Below, piece by piece: positions 31,818 through 44,487 of a DNA stretch of 64,000 bases (position 1 is the stretch's first letter; each line of letters opens with the position of its first letter). This DNA comes from Longimicrobiales bacterium (GTDB lineage Bacteria > Gemmatimonadota > Gemmatimonadetes > Longimicrobiales > Gaopeijiaceae). The stretch lies in assembly GCA_965116905.1 (NCBI GenBank), contig OZ220732.1, positions 2,240,001 to 2,304,000 on the forward strand. The letters are read 5' to 3'. The position numbers were made by a program, and so were the translations under genes. The notes beneath the pieces are model-generated. The model saw only the letters and a program-made list of their open reading frames with translations. It was not told the origin of the DNA and did not search any database.

Positions 31818-33008
31818 GTGAAACGCCGCATTCCCACATACGTGTGGACGTTCATGGCCCTCGTGGCGGGTCTGGCCGCGGGCGGGTTCCTCCCCGGGCC
31901 GCTCGCGCCCGTGGCCGACGCCACGTCGACGCTGATCGGTTGGGTCGTCGCGGTGGTGCCACTCCTGATCCTCGCCGCGCTGAGTCCGGCGATCGCGACG
32001 CTGGTGCGGCGTGGGCTGGCGGGCCGCTTCGCCGGGGCGGTCGTGCTCTGGTACGTCTTTACGTCGACCGTTGCGGGGCTGATCGCTCTCGTCGCTTCCG
32101 CGGCCATCTTTCGCATCCCGCTTGCGGCGGGGGACCAGGGTGTGTGGGCGGAAGCGGTCGCGATGTTGCACAGCCTCGGCGAGGGCGGGGCCTCCAGGCC
32201 GCTGCTGGCGATCCTCGCGGGCGTGCTGCTCGGGCTCTTCGGCGCGCGCCACGATCCGACCTACCGAGTGTTGCGCAGGATGGCCGACGCCATCGAGAGG
32301 GCGGGCGGCAGCCTGGCCTATATCATGCTCCCGCTCATCCTCGCGTTCGGTGTCACCCTCGGCGTGCGCTTCGGCGCGAGCCTGGGACTGTCCCACTACC
32401 TCACCATGACCGGCTACACGGCGGCGCTCGTGCTCGTGTGGTGGGCGTTCTACACGTTCGTGCTCGTGCGCCGAGTGGGGCGCCGGCGCGTGGGGCCCGT
32501 GCTGAGCGGCTACTATCTTCCGACCGCGATGTTTGCCGCCGGCACGTGCTCGTCGCTGGCCACGCTGCCCGTCAACCTCGGCAACGCAAAAAAGGTGGGC
32601 GTCCGCGACGAGGTGGCCGACTTCGTGCTGCCCTTCGGGGCCGTGGTGAACCTCGATGCGAGCGCGCTGGCCTACCTCGCCTACGGGCCCTTCGTCGTCA
32701 GCTACGTCTTCGGCATGGAGCTGAGCTGGGTGATGATGCTCGCCGCCTGGCCGGCCGTCGTCCTGTTCACGATTGCGGCGCCGGGGCTGCCGGCGGGGAT
32801 GGGGACGGCGCTCTGGAGCGCGACCCTGTTCGCGAGCATCCTGGGTCTGGAGGGCCAGGCGCAGGGGGACTTCGTCGCGAGCTGGATCGCGCTCTCCGGC
32901 GGCATACCCGACATGCTCCGCACGGCGACCAACTGTACCGGCGACGGCTATACCGCGATCATCTTCGATGGCCGATTCGATGAACTCTTCGCGAGGGACC
33001 GTGGCTGA
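31818..33008 (+). CDS. Dicarboxylate/amino acid:cation symporter (DAACS)
   Basis: TCSSLATLP, FVLPFGAVVNLD, APGLP, DMLRTATN.TGD. Confidence 0.9.
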   Translation: MKRRIPTYVWTFMALVAGLAAGGFLPGPLAPVADATSTLIGWVVAVVPLLILAALSPAIATLVRRGLAGRFAGAVVLWYVFTSTVAGLIALVASAAIFRIPLAAGDQGVWAEAVAMLHSLGEGGASRPLLAILAGVLLGLFGARHDPTYRVLRRMADAIERAGGSLAYIMLPLILAFGVTLGVRFGASLGLSHYLTMTGYTAALVLVWWAFYTFVLVRRVGRRRVGPVLSGYYLPTAMFAAGTCSSLATLPVNLGNAKKVGVRDEVADFVLPFGAVVNLDASALAYLAYGPFVVSYVFGMELSWVMMLAAWPAVVLFTIAAPGLPAGMGTALWSATLFASILGLEGQAQGDFVASWIALSGGIPDMLRTATNCTGDGYTAIIFDGRFDELFARDRG

Positions 33009-33015
33009 GGCAGGC

Positions 33016-33996
33016 GTGGACCTGGCTCCCGCCGTGTCCCTGGCCCCCGGCGCCCGCAGGCTCGTGCACGTCAACGGACGCGTCCAGCCGGACGAGGCCG
33101 TCGTCGTCGTCACCGACCCCACGATGCGACGGTATGCCGATGCCGTGGCGGCGGCCGCCCGCGAGGCCGGGGCTGCGGTCACCGTCTGCATTATCCCGGT
33201 GCGGGATCAGGACGGGCAGGAGCCGCCCCCGCCGGTGGCGCGCGCCATGGCGGAAGCGGCCGTGGTTTTCTCGCCCGTGCGCATTTCGATCACCCACACG
33301 CGAGCGATGCGGGCCGCGCTGGACGCGGGCGCGCGCGTATGCATGATGACGGCCTACACCGACGCGATCATGACCAGCCCGGCGCTCCTCGACACGGATT
33401 TCGAGGCACAGGCCGCCGTCTGCCGCCGCCTGGGGGCCGCGTTCACGGCGGGCGACGCGGTGCGGCTGACTTCTCCGCGCGGCACCGATCTCCGCTTCGG
33501 CATCGAGGGCCGGGTCGCCAACGTGCTGACGAACATCCCGGCGCCCGGGGAGCTTGCCCCCGTCCCCGACATCGAGGTGAACGTGGTGCCGGTCACCGGA
33601 TCGGCCCAAGGCACGATCATCGCCGACGCCTCCGTCCCCTACCTGGGCATCGGCATCCTGGACGAGCCCATCGTCTGCCAGGTGCGGGACGGCTACATCG
33701 TCGAGATGACCGGCGGCGCGCAGGCCCACTTCCTGCGCCGCCACCTGGAGTCCTTCGCCGACCCCCACTGCTTCAACGTCGCCGAGCTCGGCGTGGGCCT
33801 GAATCCGAACGCCCGGCTCACCGGCGAGATGCTCGAGGACGAGGGCGTCCTGGGCACGATCCATATCGGCATCGGGACCAGCCACACGCTGGGCGGGGAA
33901 ATCGTGGCGCCGACCCACTACGACCTGCTCATGTGGGCCCCGACGATTGCCGTCGACGGACGGGTCGTGCAGCGGGACACGGAGGTGCTGGTGTGA
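33016..33996 (+). CDS. Aminopeptidase T/M29-like metalloprotein
   Basis: GTDLRF, PDIEV, NVAELGVGLNP, MLEDE, GTIHIGIG, THYD; start could be GTG 33001. Confidence 0.82.
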   Translation: MDLAPAVSLAPGARRLVHVNGRVQPDEAVVVVTDPTMRRYADAVAAAAREAGAAVTVCIIPVRDQDGQEPPPPVARAMAEAAVVFSPVRISITHTRAMRAALDAGARVCMMTAYTDAIMTSPALLDTDFEAQAAVCRRLGAAFTAGDAVRLTSPRGTDLRFGIEGRVANVLTNIPAPGELAPVPDIEVNVVPVTGSAQGTIIADASVPYLGIGILDEPIVCQVRDGYIVEMTGGAQAHFLRRHLESFADPHCFNVAELGVGLNPNARLTGEMLEDEGVLGTIHIGIGTSHTLGGEIVAPTHYDLLMWAPTIAVDGRVVQRDTEVLV

Positions 33997-34009
33997 AGGG
34001 CCCGGCGGC

Positions 34010-34972
34010 ATGAAGGCCGGCGCCAGAATCCTCGTGCGGACGTGCGCCAACGTCCAGGCCGCCGAAAACGCGGTGATCGTGACCGATCCGGAGCGGATGA
34101 GCATCGCCGAAGCCGTCGCCGACGAGGCGCGCGAGGCCGGAGCCGTCGCGAGCATCCTGATCCCGCCGGAACGGTCCATCGACAACGAGGAGCCGGGGGC
34201 GGCCGTCGCCGCGGCGCTGGCGGCTGCCGACGTCGTCTTCCTACCGGTGACGCTTGCCATGGCGCACACGCGCGCCGTACGCGAGGCCATCGGCGCGGGC
34301 GCCCGCGTCCTGTCGATGACGGCCTTCACCGAGCGGATGATGCACGAAGGCGGACTCTTCACGGACTTCCATGCACGCCAGCCGCTGTGCCGCGCCCTGG
34401 CGGCCAGGCTCACCGCCAGCACGCGGCTACGAGTCACGAATCCCGCCGGCACCGACCTGAGCATGAGCCTGGCCGGCGTGACCGGGAACAGCCATGCCTG
34501 CCTGCTCGATGGACCCGGCTTCTCCGCGGTCCCCAACATCGAGGCCAACTGTGCGCCCGCTCAGGGCACAACCGGAGGCGTGTTCGTGTGTGACGGGAGC
34601 ATCCCGTACTACGGCGTGGGCCCCGTCCGCGAGCCCGTCGCCTTCCACATTTCGAAGGGTTTCGTCACCCAAATCGAGGGCGGTGACCAGGCCGAATTCC
34701 TCGCCGATCTGCTTGCCCGGCAGAACGACCGCTGGGTCTACAACGTGGCCCAGTTCGCCTTCGGCCTGAATCCGGCCTGCACCGAGTTCACCGGCGAGAT
34801 GCTCAACGACGAAGGCGTGAACGGCACCGTGCACATCGGGATCGGCACGTCGGCCAACCTGGGCGGCAACGTGTCCGCAAAGACGCACTTCGACGCGGTC
34901 GCACGGGCGCCGTCGGTGTGGGTCGACGAGGAATTGGTACTCCGCGACGGCACCATTCTCGTGGAGGGGTGA
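34010..34972 (+). CDS. Aminopeptidase T/M29-like metalloprotein, second paralog
   Basis: GTDL, PNIEA, NVAQFAFGLNP, MLNDE, GTVHIGIG, THFD. Confidence 0.82.
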   Translation: MKAGARILVRTCANVQAAENAVIVTDPERMSIAEAVADEAREAGAVASILIPPERSIDNEEPGAAVAAALAAADVVFLPVTLAMAHTRAVREAIGAGARVLSMTAFTERMMHEGGLFTDFHARQPLCRALAARLTASTRLRVTNPAGTDLSMSLAGVTGNSHACLLDGPGFSAVPNIEANCAPAQGTTGGVFVCDGSIPYYGVGPVREPVAFHISKGFVTQIEGGDQAEFLADLLARQNDRWVYNVAQFAFGLNPACTEFTGEMLNDEGVNGTVHIGIGTSANLGGNVSAKTHFDAVARAPSVWVDEELVLRDGTILVEG

Positions 34973-35001
34973 AAGCCCGGATTCCCGCCGGTTTCAGCCG
35001 A

Positions 35002-35020
35002 CTATTCAGCCCCTGAATAG
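35002..35020. terminator. Hairpin CTATTCAG-CCC-CTGAATAG between convergent genes
   Basis: Perfect 8-bp stem; no clear U-tract, so terminator function is uncertain. Confidence 0.3.
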
Positions 35021-35026
35021 GTGTGC

Positions 35027-35046
35027 AACGTTTCAGCTGAGACGTT
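35027..35046. repeat. Palindrome AACGTTTCAGCTGAGACGTT, second parS-like copy
   Basis: Core differs by one base from 7586-7601; both are followed by a T-run then CG. Confidence 0.7.
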
Positions 35047-35070
35047 TTCGCGTCGCCCACTTCCGCCGAT

Positions 35071-35964
35071 TCAGCCCCGCAGGTGCTCATTGAAGAACGC
35101 GATGGTGCGCTCCTGCGCGAGGCTGGCGGCTTCCTGGTCGTAACGAGGGGTCGTGTCGTTGTGGAAGCCGTGGTTCGCGCCCTCATACATGTGGACCACG
35201 AAGTCCTTTCCGTTCGCCTCCAGCGCCTCCTGGTAGGCCGGGTAGCGGGCGTTGATCCGCTCATCCAGGCCCGCGAGCTGGATCATGAGGGGCGCCTGTA
35301 TCGAGGGCACGTCCTCCGGGGCCGGCGCCGACCCGTAGAACGGCACCCCAGCGCCCAGACTGGGAAGCCGGACCGCGAGCTGATTCACCACTCCGCCGCC
35401 GTAGCAGAACCCGACGGCCCCGACTCGCCCGGTGCTCGTCTCGTGGTCCCGCAGGAAGCGGAACGCCGCCAGCCAGTCCTCCATCATCACGTCCCGGTCG
35501 AGCTGCCGCTGCATCACCCGGCCCTCGTCGTCATTGCCGGGATAGCCGCCAAGGGGGGTCAGCGCGTCCGGCCCCAGGGCTACGAAGCCAGCCGCGGCGA
35601 ACCTGCGGACCACGTCTTCGATATAGGGGTTGAGGCCGCGATTCTCGTGGATGACAAGGATCGCGGGCTCGGGCTCAGTCGCGCCGGCGGGCACGGCCAT
35701 GTAGCCACGCATCGTTCCCGAGCCGTCCGGGGAAGGGTAGGTGACGTAGTCCTGCCGGATCCTGGTGTCGCCGGTCGCCACCTGCCGCGCCCACGCGTAG
35801 TTGGGACGAAGTGCCTCGAGAACCGCCGCGGCAGCCGCTCCACCGCCCAGCACCTTGCCGGCCCCTTCAAGGAAGTCCCGGCGCTGAATGTGCCCGTGGA
35901 CGTAGCCATCGAAGAGCGCCAGTACCTCCTGGGGGAAATCGCTCGCCTTCTTTCGTTTGGTCAT
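35071..35964 (-). CDS. Dienelactone hydrolase family protein (YghX-like)
   Basis: HENRGLNPYI, GFCYGG, HGFHNDTTPRY; duplicated start (alternative ATG 35982). Confidence 0.93.
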   Translation of the reverse strand: MTKRKKASDFPQEVLALFDGYVHGHIQRRDFLEGAGKVLGGGAAAAAVLEALRPNYAWARQVATGDTRIRQDYVTYPSPDGSGTMRGYMAVPAGATEPEPAILVIHENRGLNPYIEDVVRRFAAAGFVALGPDALTPLGGYPGNDDEGRVMQRQLDRDVMMEDWLAAFRFLRDHETSTGRVGAVGFCYGGGVVNQLAVRLPSLGAGVPFYGSAPAPEDVPSIQAPLMIQLAGLDERINARYPAYQEALEANGKDFVVHMYEGANHGFHNDTTPRYDQEAASLAQERTIAFFNEHLRG

Positions 35965-36016
35965 GGGTATCCTCTTAGTCATGGGTACCTCTGCTAGTTG
36001 TTGCCGACTCCTGCGC

Positions 36017-37105
36017 TCATTCGCCGTCCCTGTCCTGCAGCAACTGCGAGATCTGGTCCAGCTTCGGCCGGATTGACGACATCACCGCCGCGAACAGCAC
36101 CAGCGCCCAGCCCGCCGAAAAGATCAGGTGGACGCCTACCAGAACACGGGCAGCGACCGAAACCGGGGCCACGGTCGCATAGTCCTGACCGAGCGCCGTG
36201 AAGAACGCGAAGGACAGCCATTCGGTGATGCCCGAGCCGGCGTCGGCAAACGCGCCCGGGTGAAAGCGCTCCAGCGTTCCGTAGAACCCGGCGAACACAC
36301 CGATGATCGTCAGGTAACCGAGCGCGAACCCGCCGATCGGAACCCACATGACGCGCAGGTAGTCGGCGAGCTGACCGTAGACGGCGAGCCGCGGCCGGAG
36401 CCATGTGGCGCCGGCGCGCCCCAGGAGGAACGCGATCGCCGGTATCGCGACCAGTGAAAAGACCAGGGTCAGAACGATGTAGAGCGCGGCCGCGATGCCC
36501 GACAGCCCGACATCTTCCCGTATCACCCCGAACCCGAACAGGAGACCCAGGAGCACCGGGAGCGCCACCGCACCGAGGACCAGCGGCCGCGGAGGCCGGG
36601 AATCGCTCCACCCCTCGCGGCGGCTACACAGGAGGCCGACCAGCATCGCGTTCCACGGCACGCCCGCCAGCGGGAACGCAGCAATCAGCAACGCCAGCGA
36701 GAAGTTTCCGGCGACGATCCCGGGAACCAGCCCCAGCGTCAGCAGGACGGCTACAATGAACATTTCCCGGACCACCTCGCGATACCCGGACAAGGACGAC
36801 TTGCCGAGCCCGTCGATCAGGCCGAGTGCCAGAGGACCAAGGGGCGGGATGATAAGTCCCCAACCGATTCCCCGCGCGCCGGTCAGCAGGGCGGCGGTGA
36901 CCCCGACGATCAAGCCGATCAGGATGCCCGTCCACACACCGCCGCGGGCACCTCCCCGGAGGCCGACGCCTGCTCCAACGGCCAGCCCGCAGCCCGCTCC
37001 GAGCAGGACATCGGTGTGATTCCCGGTGATCGCGTAGCCGAAGGTGACGACGACCAGCGCCACGGGCGCGGCGATGCGAAGCGCCTGCGAGATCGAGCGA
37101 TTCAC
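36017..37105 (-). CDS. Polytopic membrane protein with C-terminal ion-channel pore-like domain
   Basis: Many TM segments; WLSFAFFTALGQDYATVAPVSVAAR resembles a K-channel pore helix and filter region. Confidence 0.65.
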   Translation of the reverse strand: MNRSISQALRIAAPVALVVVTFGYAITGNHTDVLLGAGCGLAVGAGVGLRGGARGGVWTGILIGLIVGVTAALLTGARGIGWGLIIPPLGPLALGLIDGLGKSSLSGYREVVREMFIVAVLLTLGLVPGIVAGNFSLALLIAAFPLAGVPWNAMLVGLLCSRREGWSDSRPPRPLVLGAVALPVLLGLLFGFGVIREDVGLSGIAAALYIVLTLVFSLVAIPAIAFLLGRAGATWLRPRLAVYGQLADYLRVMWVPIGGFALGYLTIIGVFAGFYGTLERFHPGAFADAGSGITEWLSFAFFTALGQDYATVAPVSVAARVLVGVHLIFSAGWALVLFAAVMSSIRPKLDQISQLLQDRDGE

Positions 37106-37287
37106 TCTTGAAGTACCTCCTCCTGAAGTACCTCCTGCCGTCAGATCGCTTGGTCAGTTGACAAACGGCATGGCGTCCATATAGCGATTCGGCGAACGGG
37201 TGCGCAAGATTGCAGGGTGGATGCGGGGTGGTGGGGGTGTGTGCGCAGGGCAGGGGCTACCAGACTTGCTGGAACACCCGAACTCAA

Positions 37288-37305
37288 GTAGCATCCAAGT
37301 GCTAC
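37288..37305. promoter_or_regulatory. Inverted repeat GTAGCA-N6-TGCTAC, probable TA operator
   Basis: Directly upstream of the antitoxin RBS GGAGG. Confidence 0.55.
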
Positions 37306-37319
37306 ACGGAGGTGGCACG

Positions 37320-37547
37320 ATGGTTCGAAATGTCAAACTGCGGCGCATGGGTGGGTCTGTCGGGGCTACGCTGCCCAAGGATATGGCGGAACGTCTGCAT
37401 CTGGCGGCCGGCGACGAAGTGTTGGCCGTCGAGACGGCACATGGGATCCTTTTGAGCCCCTACGATCTGGATGTCGTGGACGGATTGGCGATCGCCGCCG
37501 AGGCCCAGAAGCGTTTTCGAGGCGCACTTAGAGAACTCGCGAAGTGA
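37320..37547 (+). CDS. AbrB/MazE/SpoVT-family antitoxin
   Basis: KLRRMGGSVGATLPK...GDEV...GILLSPYD...ALRELAK. Confidence 0.9.
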   Translation: MVRNVKLRRMGGSVGATLPKDMAERLHLAAGDEVLAVETAHGILLSPYDLDVVDGLAIAAEAQKRFRGALRELAK

Positions 37548-37948
37548 CGTCGCGGGAGCCGAGGTGGGTTCCCCGGCTGGTCATCGAGGCGGTCCATCTC
37601 GACCAGGTCCGCGAGCACGGCGGCCTGATCGGCATTCGAGACGAGAATGCCCTTGAGTCGGGTCTCGCGCGCGCCAGCCAGAGATGGAACTTTGACCCGG
37701 ACTCGGATCTGCCCCGTCTCGCCGCTGGCTATGTCTTCGGGATTTGCACCGGACACCCGTTCCGCGACGGAAACAAGCGCATCTCGTTTCTGGCCGCCGT
37801 CATTTTCCTCGGCCTGAATGGCTTCGACCTTGTCGCACCCGATGAGGAAGTGGTGGAGAAGATGATGGCCGTCGCTTCCGGCAAGCTCGGTGAGGAAGCG
37901 ATTGCCGACTGGATACGCTCGCGAATCAAGCCGCGCGCGCCCGTCTGA
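37544..37948 (+). CDS. doc: Death-on-curing (Doc/Fic) toxin
   Basis: GIRDENALES; intact HPFRDGNKR motif; GTGA overlap with the antitoxin. Confidence 0.93.
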   Translation: MTSREPRWVPRLVIEAVHLDQVREHGGLIGIRDENALESGLARASQRWNFDPDSDLPRLAAGYVFGICTGHPFRDGNKRISFLAAVIFLGLNGFDLVAPDEEVVEKMMAVASGKLGEEAIADWIRSRIKPRAPV

Positions 37949-37969
37949 CGCCGCAGCCGAACCCGGAAG

Positions 37970-39124
37970 CTACCCCAGAATCTCCTCGTACACCCGCATG
38001 AAGTTGCCGCCCATGACCTGGGCGACCTCGGCGCCCGAGAATCCCCGCCGTTCCAGCCGCTCCGCGATGATGTGCATCTTCTCCGGCCGGTCGAGTTCCT
38101 CGATGAAGGGCGGCCAGCGCACGTCGACCTCCGGCTTGAACTCGAACTGCGCGTGGAAGTCCCAGAACGCCTGCTCGGTGGGAAAGGAGACCCGCCAGCC
38201 GCCGATGCTCGAGTCGGTGCCGATGCCGACGTAGTCGATTCCGACGAGATCCGCGACATGCGCGATGTGGTCGATGAAGTCGTCCAGAGTCGAGCGCGGC
38301 TTCTTGCTCACGAAGAAGTTGACGGTCGTGATGCCCATGACGCCGCCGCGCGCCGCCAGCGCCCGGATCTGCTCGTCGGCCTTGCAGCGGGGATTGTCGC
38401 ACAGCGCGCGGCAGTTCGCGTGGGTGAAAAGGACGGGCGCGCTGGAGACCTCGATCGCGTCCATCGTGCTGCGCACCCCGGTGTGGGACACGTCGACGAT
38501 CATTCCCAGCTCGTTCATCTTCTGCACGACCTCGACGCCGAAATCGCTTAGGCCGACGTCGACCCGCTCGGTGCATCCCGCGCCCAGGGCGTTGAGCGAA
38601 TTGTAGGTCAACTGCATCTGCCGGATGCCGAGGTTATGGAAGGATTCGACGTTGGCCAGATCGCGCTGGAGGTGCGTCGCGTTCTGAAACCCGATCATGA
38701 CTGCGATTCCGCCCGTGCGCTTCGCCTCCAGAATGTCGGCCACCCGCCGCACGTGGATGACGCGGTCCAGATACCGGTTGAAGATCCCGTGCCAGCTCGC
38801 GATGTCCTGCACGGCATGGTCGTAGCCGAATGGCGGGTCGCCCGGAGCGCCCAGCGTCGTCTCGATCATGGTGAGGCCCGAGCGCTCGATCTCGTCGAAG
38901 CCCTCCGGTCCGAACCGGAGCCCGCCCAGGGCGTCGATCCAGATGTCGTCCTGGCGGGTGGGGGTTTCCGGCGACGTGGGGTCGGCTTCGCGGGCGGGGC
39001 CGTCCCGGCTACCCGTCACGATCGGCTCCGCCGCCTGCCCAATGACGTGCTTGCTCGCACCGAGGCCGAACGCGGTTCCGGCCATCCCGGCGCCCCAAAC
39101 GAATTGTCGGCGTGAAAGTGACAT
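37970..39124 (-). CDS. Membrane dipeptidase (peptidase M19) with Tat signal
   Basis: SRRQFVW; QLTYN, MNELGMIVDVSH, IGTD, MGGNFMRV. Confidence 0.92.
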   Translation of the reverse strand: MSLSRRQFVWGAGMAGTAFGLGASKHVIGQAAEPIVTGSRDGPAREADPTSPETPTRQDDIWIDALGGLRFGPEGFDEIERSGLTMIETTLGAPGDPPFGYDHAVQDIASWHGIFNRYLDRVIHVRRVADILEAKRTGGIAVMIGFQNATHLQRDLANVESFHNLGIRQMQLTYNSLNALGAGCTERVDVGLSDFGVEVVQKMNELGMIVDVSHTGVRSTMDAIEVSSAPVLFTHANCRALCDNPRCKADEQIRALAARGGVMGITTVNFFVSKKPRSTLDDFIDHIAHVADLVGIDYVGIGTDSSIGGWRVSFPTEQAFWDFHAQFEFKPEVDVRWPPFIEELDRPEKMHIIAERLERRGFSGAEVAQVMGGNFMRVYEEILG

Positions 39125-39247
39125 GACGGCGGCCTCCTTAGCGCAGGTCGGACAATGACGTTTTCGGGGCATTCTACGCGACGAATCTCGCACCCGCCAT
39201 CGAATCGTCTGGTCCAAAGACGGCTCGTGTAGTAACGGCTCCAGGCA

Positions 39248-39273
39248 GATACTAAACATATATGTTTAGTATC
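39248..39273. repeat. 26-bp dyad element, copy 9, perfect palindrome GATACTAAAC-ATATAT-GTTTAGTATC
   Basis: Perfect 26-bp palindrome between divergent genes. Confidence 0.9.
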
Positions 39274-39418
39274 GATTGGATTGCTTGGTCGGATCCAAAC
39301 ACTGACTTTCGCTGTAACCCTCTGACGACGAGACCGAACCCCGAGTCTTGGGTCGCACACTCAACCCTACTGCGGGCTCGTCACAAGGAAGTGCACCTTG
39401 GCCGCGCCCGGGGAGCGG

Positions 39419-40753
39419 ATGAGCCTGACCAGCCTGATCGATGTGGTGACCAGATCCCGTGATTCAGCTATCGGATCTGGTGCCAGGTGGTTGTCGGTGG
39501 TAACCGCTGTTGCTTGCGTCTTCGCGGCACTCTCCGGTTCCTGTGGACAACCGCAGGAGCGGATATTGGATGGCGGGATGATCGAGCTGACAATGGACCT
39601 CAGAATCGGCACTCCCGATGGTCCGCCGGAGACCCAGTTCGGGAGCATCGCTGGCATCGCGGTCGACGACGCCGGTTCATTGTATGTGGCAGATGGGCAA
39701 GACTACGAAGTGCGCAAGTTCGATCCGGCCGGGCAGTTTCTGATCCGTTTTGGCAGGCAGGGCTCGGGGCCCGGCGAGTTCAGCAAGATTGACGGTCTGG
39801 CCCTGCTGACCGACTCGCAGGTGGCGGTGGTCGACGGAATCGAGAATCGTCTCTCCCTGTTCGATTCGTCCACCGGCGAGTACCGCGGGCAGTGGACAAT
39901 CCCGCGTCAGTGGTTGACCTGGTCTCGACACACCATCGTAAGGCGATCTTCGGGCGGGGCATACCTGGGCTTGCCCCCTGAAATGGACCTTGACGGGACG
40001 CCCGTCCGCTGGCCGCGACCGGTGTTCCTCTCTGTGGACGAGGGCGGAAATGTAGTCGACACCATCTGGGCCCCCGAAAGGTATGTCGCGGAATGCGGTA
40101 CACGGTCCAGCCATGCCGTCAGGAGCGGCTGGTATGAAGACATACGTGTGCTTTACGCTCCGAAAGTCGTGTGGACCATCAGTCCCTCCGGCGACGTTGT
40201 GATCGGCTGCCCGAAACAGCTCCAATTCGATATCGTCTCGCCGAACGGCTCACTGGCATCGAGCGACAATGTGTCGTTCGATCCCGTGCCCATCCCCGGT
40301 GACGAGATCAACTGGTTCCTCGATCAGATCGAAGCTGACCGCGGTATGGCCCAGACTCTGGCAGAACTCAATCGCGTAGCGGTAGATCCTGTGCGTCAGA
40401 TCCTGAACTATGACTATCCGGACACCAAGGCCGCATTCAAGGCGATCACGGTGGCTCGTGACGGCAAGGTGTGGGTTCGACTTTCACAGCCCGGCCGGGA
40501 ACGGACGATTCCGACAGGCGCCGGTGCGTATTGGCAGAACGAAACGGGCGGCGCGTTCGAGGTCTTCACCGGGACGGGAAGGCATATCGGAAGAGCGACG
40601 TTGCCTGACGACGTATGGATCGATCCGGATCGGCCGCCGGCTGTAGCCGCGGCGATAACGGGTGAACATCTCTGGGCGTTGACGCTCGACTCATTGGACG
40701 TCCAATCCGTTACGCGCTACCGCATCGGATGGCCCGACGACCTGCGGCACTGA
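39419..40753 (+). CDS. 6-bladed beta-propeller/NHL-like lipoprotein (start uncertain)
   Basis: LSGSC; IAVDDAGSLYVAD; FGRQGSGPGEF; GKVWV; DSLDVQSV. Confidence 0.85.
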   Translation: MSLTSLIDVVTRSRDSAIGSGARWLSVVTAVACVFAALSGSCGQPQERILDGGMIELTMDLRIGTPDGPPETQFGSIAGIAVDDAGSLYVADGQDYEVRKFDPAGQFLIRFGRQGSGPGEFSKIDGLALLTDSQVAVVDGIENRLSLFDSSTGEYRGQWTIPRQWLTWSRHTIVRRSSGGAYLGLPPEMDLDGTPVRWPRPVFLSVDEGGNVVDTIWAPERYVAECGTRSSHAVRSGWYEDIRVLYAPKVVWTISPSGDVVIGCPKQLQFDIVSPNGSLASSDNVSFDPVPIPGDEINWFLDQIEADRGMAQTLAELNRVAVDPVRQILNYDYPDTKAAFKAITVARDGKVWVRLSQPGRERTIPTGAGAYWQNETGGAFEVFTGTGRHIGRATLPDDVWIDPDRPPAVAAAITGEHLWALTLDSLDVQSVTRYRIGWPDDLRH

Positions 40754-40756
40754 AGC

Positions 40757-42195
40757 CTACAATGCAAAATCAAACTGTCTGGCGTTCTCGATCTTCTCTT
40801 CCAGATCCACCAGCGGCGCCGAGTATTCTCCCGAGAAACACGCCGCGCAGAACGGGCCGCCCTCGTTGACCGCGTCGACCAGCCCGTCCAGGGACAGATA
40901 GCCGAGCGAGTCCACCCCCAGATCGGCGGCGATCTCGTCCACGGACATCCGGGCGCCCATGAGCTCCTCCCTGGACGGCATGTCGATCCCGTAGTAGCAC
41001 GGAAACCGCACGGGCGGGCTGGCCACGCGGAAGTGCACTTCGGCCGCCCCCGCGCCGCGGATGAACTTGACCAGGCTGGTCGATGTGGTGCCGCGCACGA
41101 TCGAGTCGTCCACCACGACCACGCGCTGACCTTCGAGAACCTGACGCACGGGGTTGTACTTGACCCGCGCCCCGAAGTCGCGGTCGGCCTGGGACGGGCG
41201 GATGAAGGTGCGGCCCACGTAGTGGTTGCGGAGCAGCCCGAGTTCGTAGGGAATGCCACTCTGTTCGCTGTACCCCAGCGCGGCCGAGTTGGCGCTGTCC
41301 GGGACCGCGATCACGCAGTCGCCGTCGACGGGGTGCTCTCGGGCCAGCTGGCGCCCGAACGACCGCCGGGCGCGGTCCACGCTCATGCCCCACAGGTTCG
41401 AATCGGGGCGCGCGAAGTACACCAGCTCGAAGATGCACGGGGCGGGGGTCTGGGGGTGCATTCCCGGGAGGCTCTCGGCCTTGCCGTCCCGGAAGCGCAC
41501 CAGTTCGCCCGGCTCGATGTCGCGCACGAAGGTCGCACCCATGATGTCGAGCGCGCAGGTCTCGCTGGCGGCCACGTGCCCCCCGTCCAGCTCGCCGAGC
41601 ACCAGGGGCCGGAATCCGCGCGGGTCGCGCACCGCGTACATGGTGTCGCCCACCGTCAGGATCAGCGAATACGCGCCCTCCAGAAAGCTCAGCGCGTCGC
41701 GCAGCTGCGCCTCGACCGTGCGGTGCCGCGAGCGCGCGATCAGGTGCACGATGATCTCGGAGTCCGACGAACTCTGGAAGATCGCGCCCTCCTCGACGAG
41801 CTGGCGCTTCATCCCCTGCGCGTTGGTCAGGTTGCCGTTGTGCACGATCGCCAGGTCGCCCTCAGCGTAACGCACGACGATCGGCTGGGCGTTGACCCGC
41901 GTTCCGCCGCCCGCGGTCGAGTAGCGCACATGCCCGAGCGAAGTCCGTCCCGGCAGCGACGCGATTCGTTCGGCGTCGAAGACGTCCGACACCAGGCCGA
42001 GCTCCTTGTAGAGCTTGGTGCGCGTCCCGTTGGCGGCGCAGATGCCCGCCGCCTCCTGGCCCCGGTGCTGCAGCGCGTACAGTCCCAGGAAGGAAAGCTC
42101 CGACGCGTTCTCCACGTTGCTGATGCCGATGATCCCGCACTCCTCGCGGGGCCGGTCGTCGAGCAGCGGCAGGTGGATGTCGGTCGGGCGACTCA

Positions 42196-42196
<1 letters not shown>
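40757..42196 (-). CDS. purF: Amidophosphoribosyltransferase
   Basis: EECG, LQHRGQE, GHVRYST, HNGNL, VVVDDSIVRGTT. Confidence 0.98.
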
Positions 42197-44483
<2,287 letters not shown>

Positions 44484-44487
<4 letters not shown>

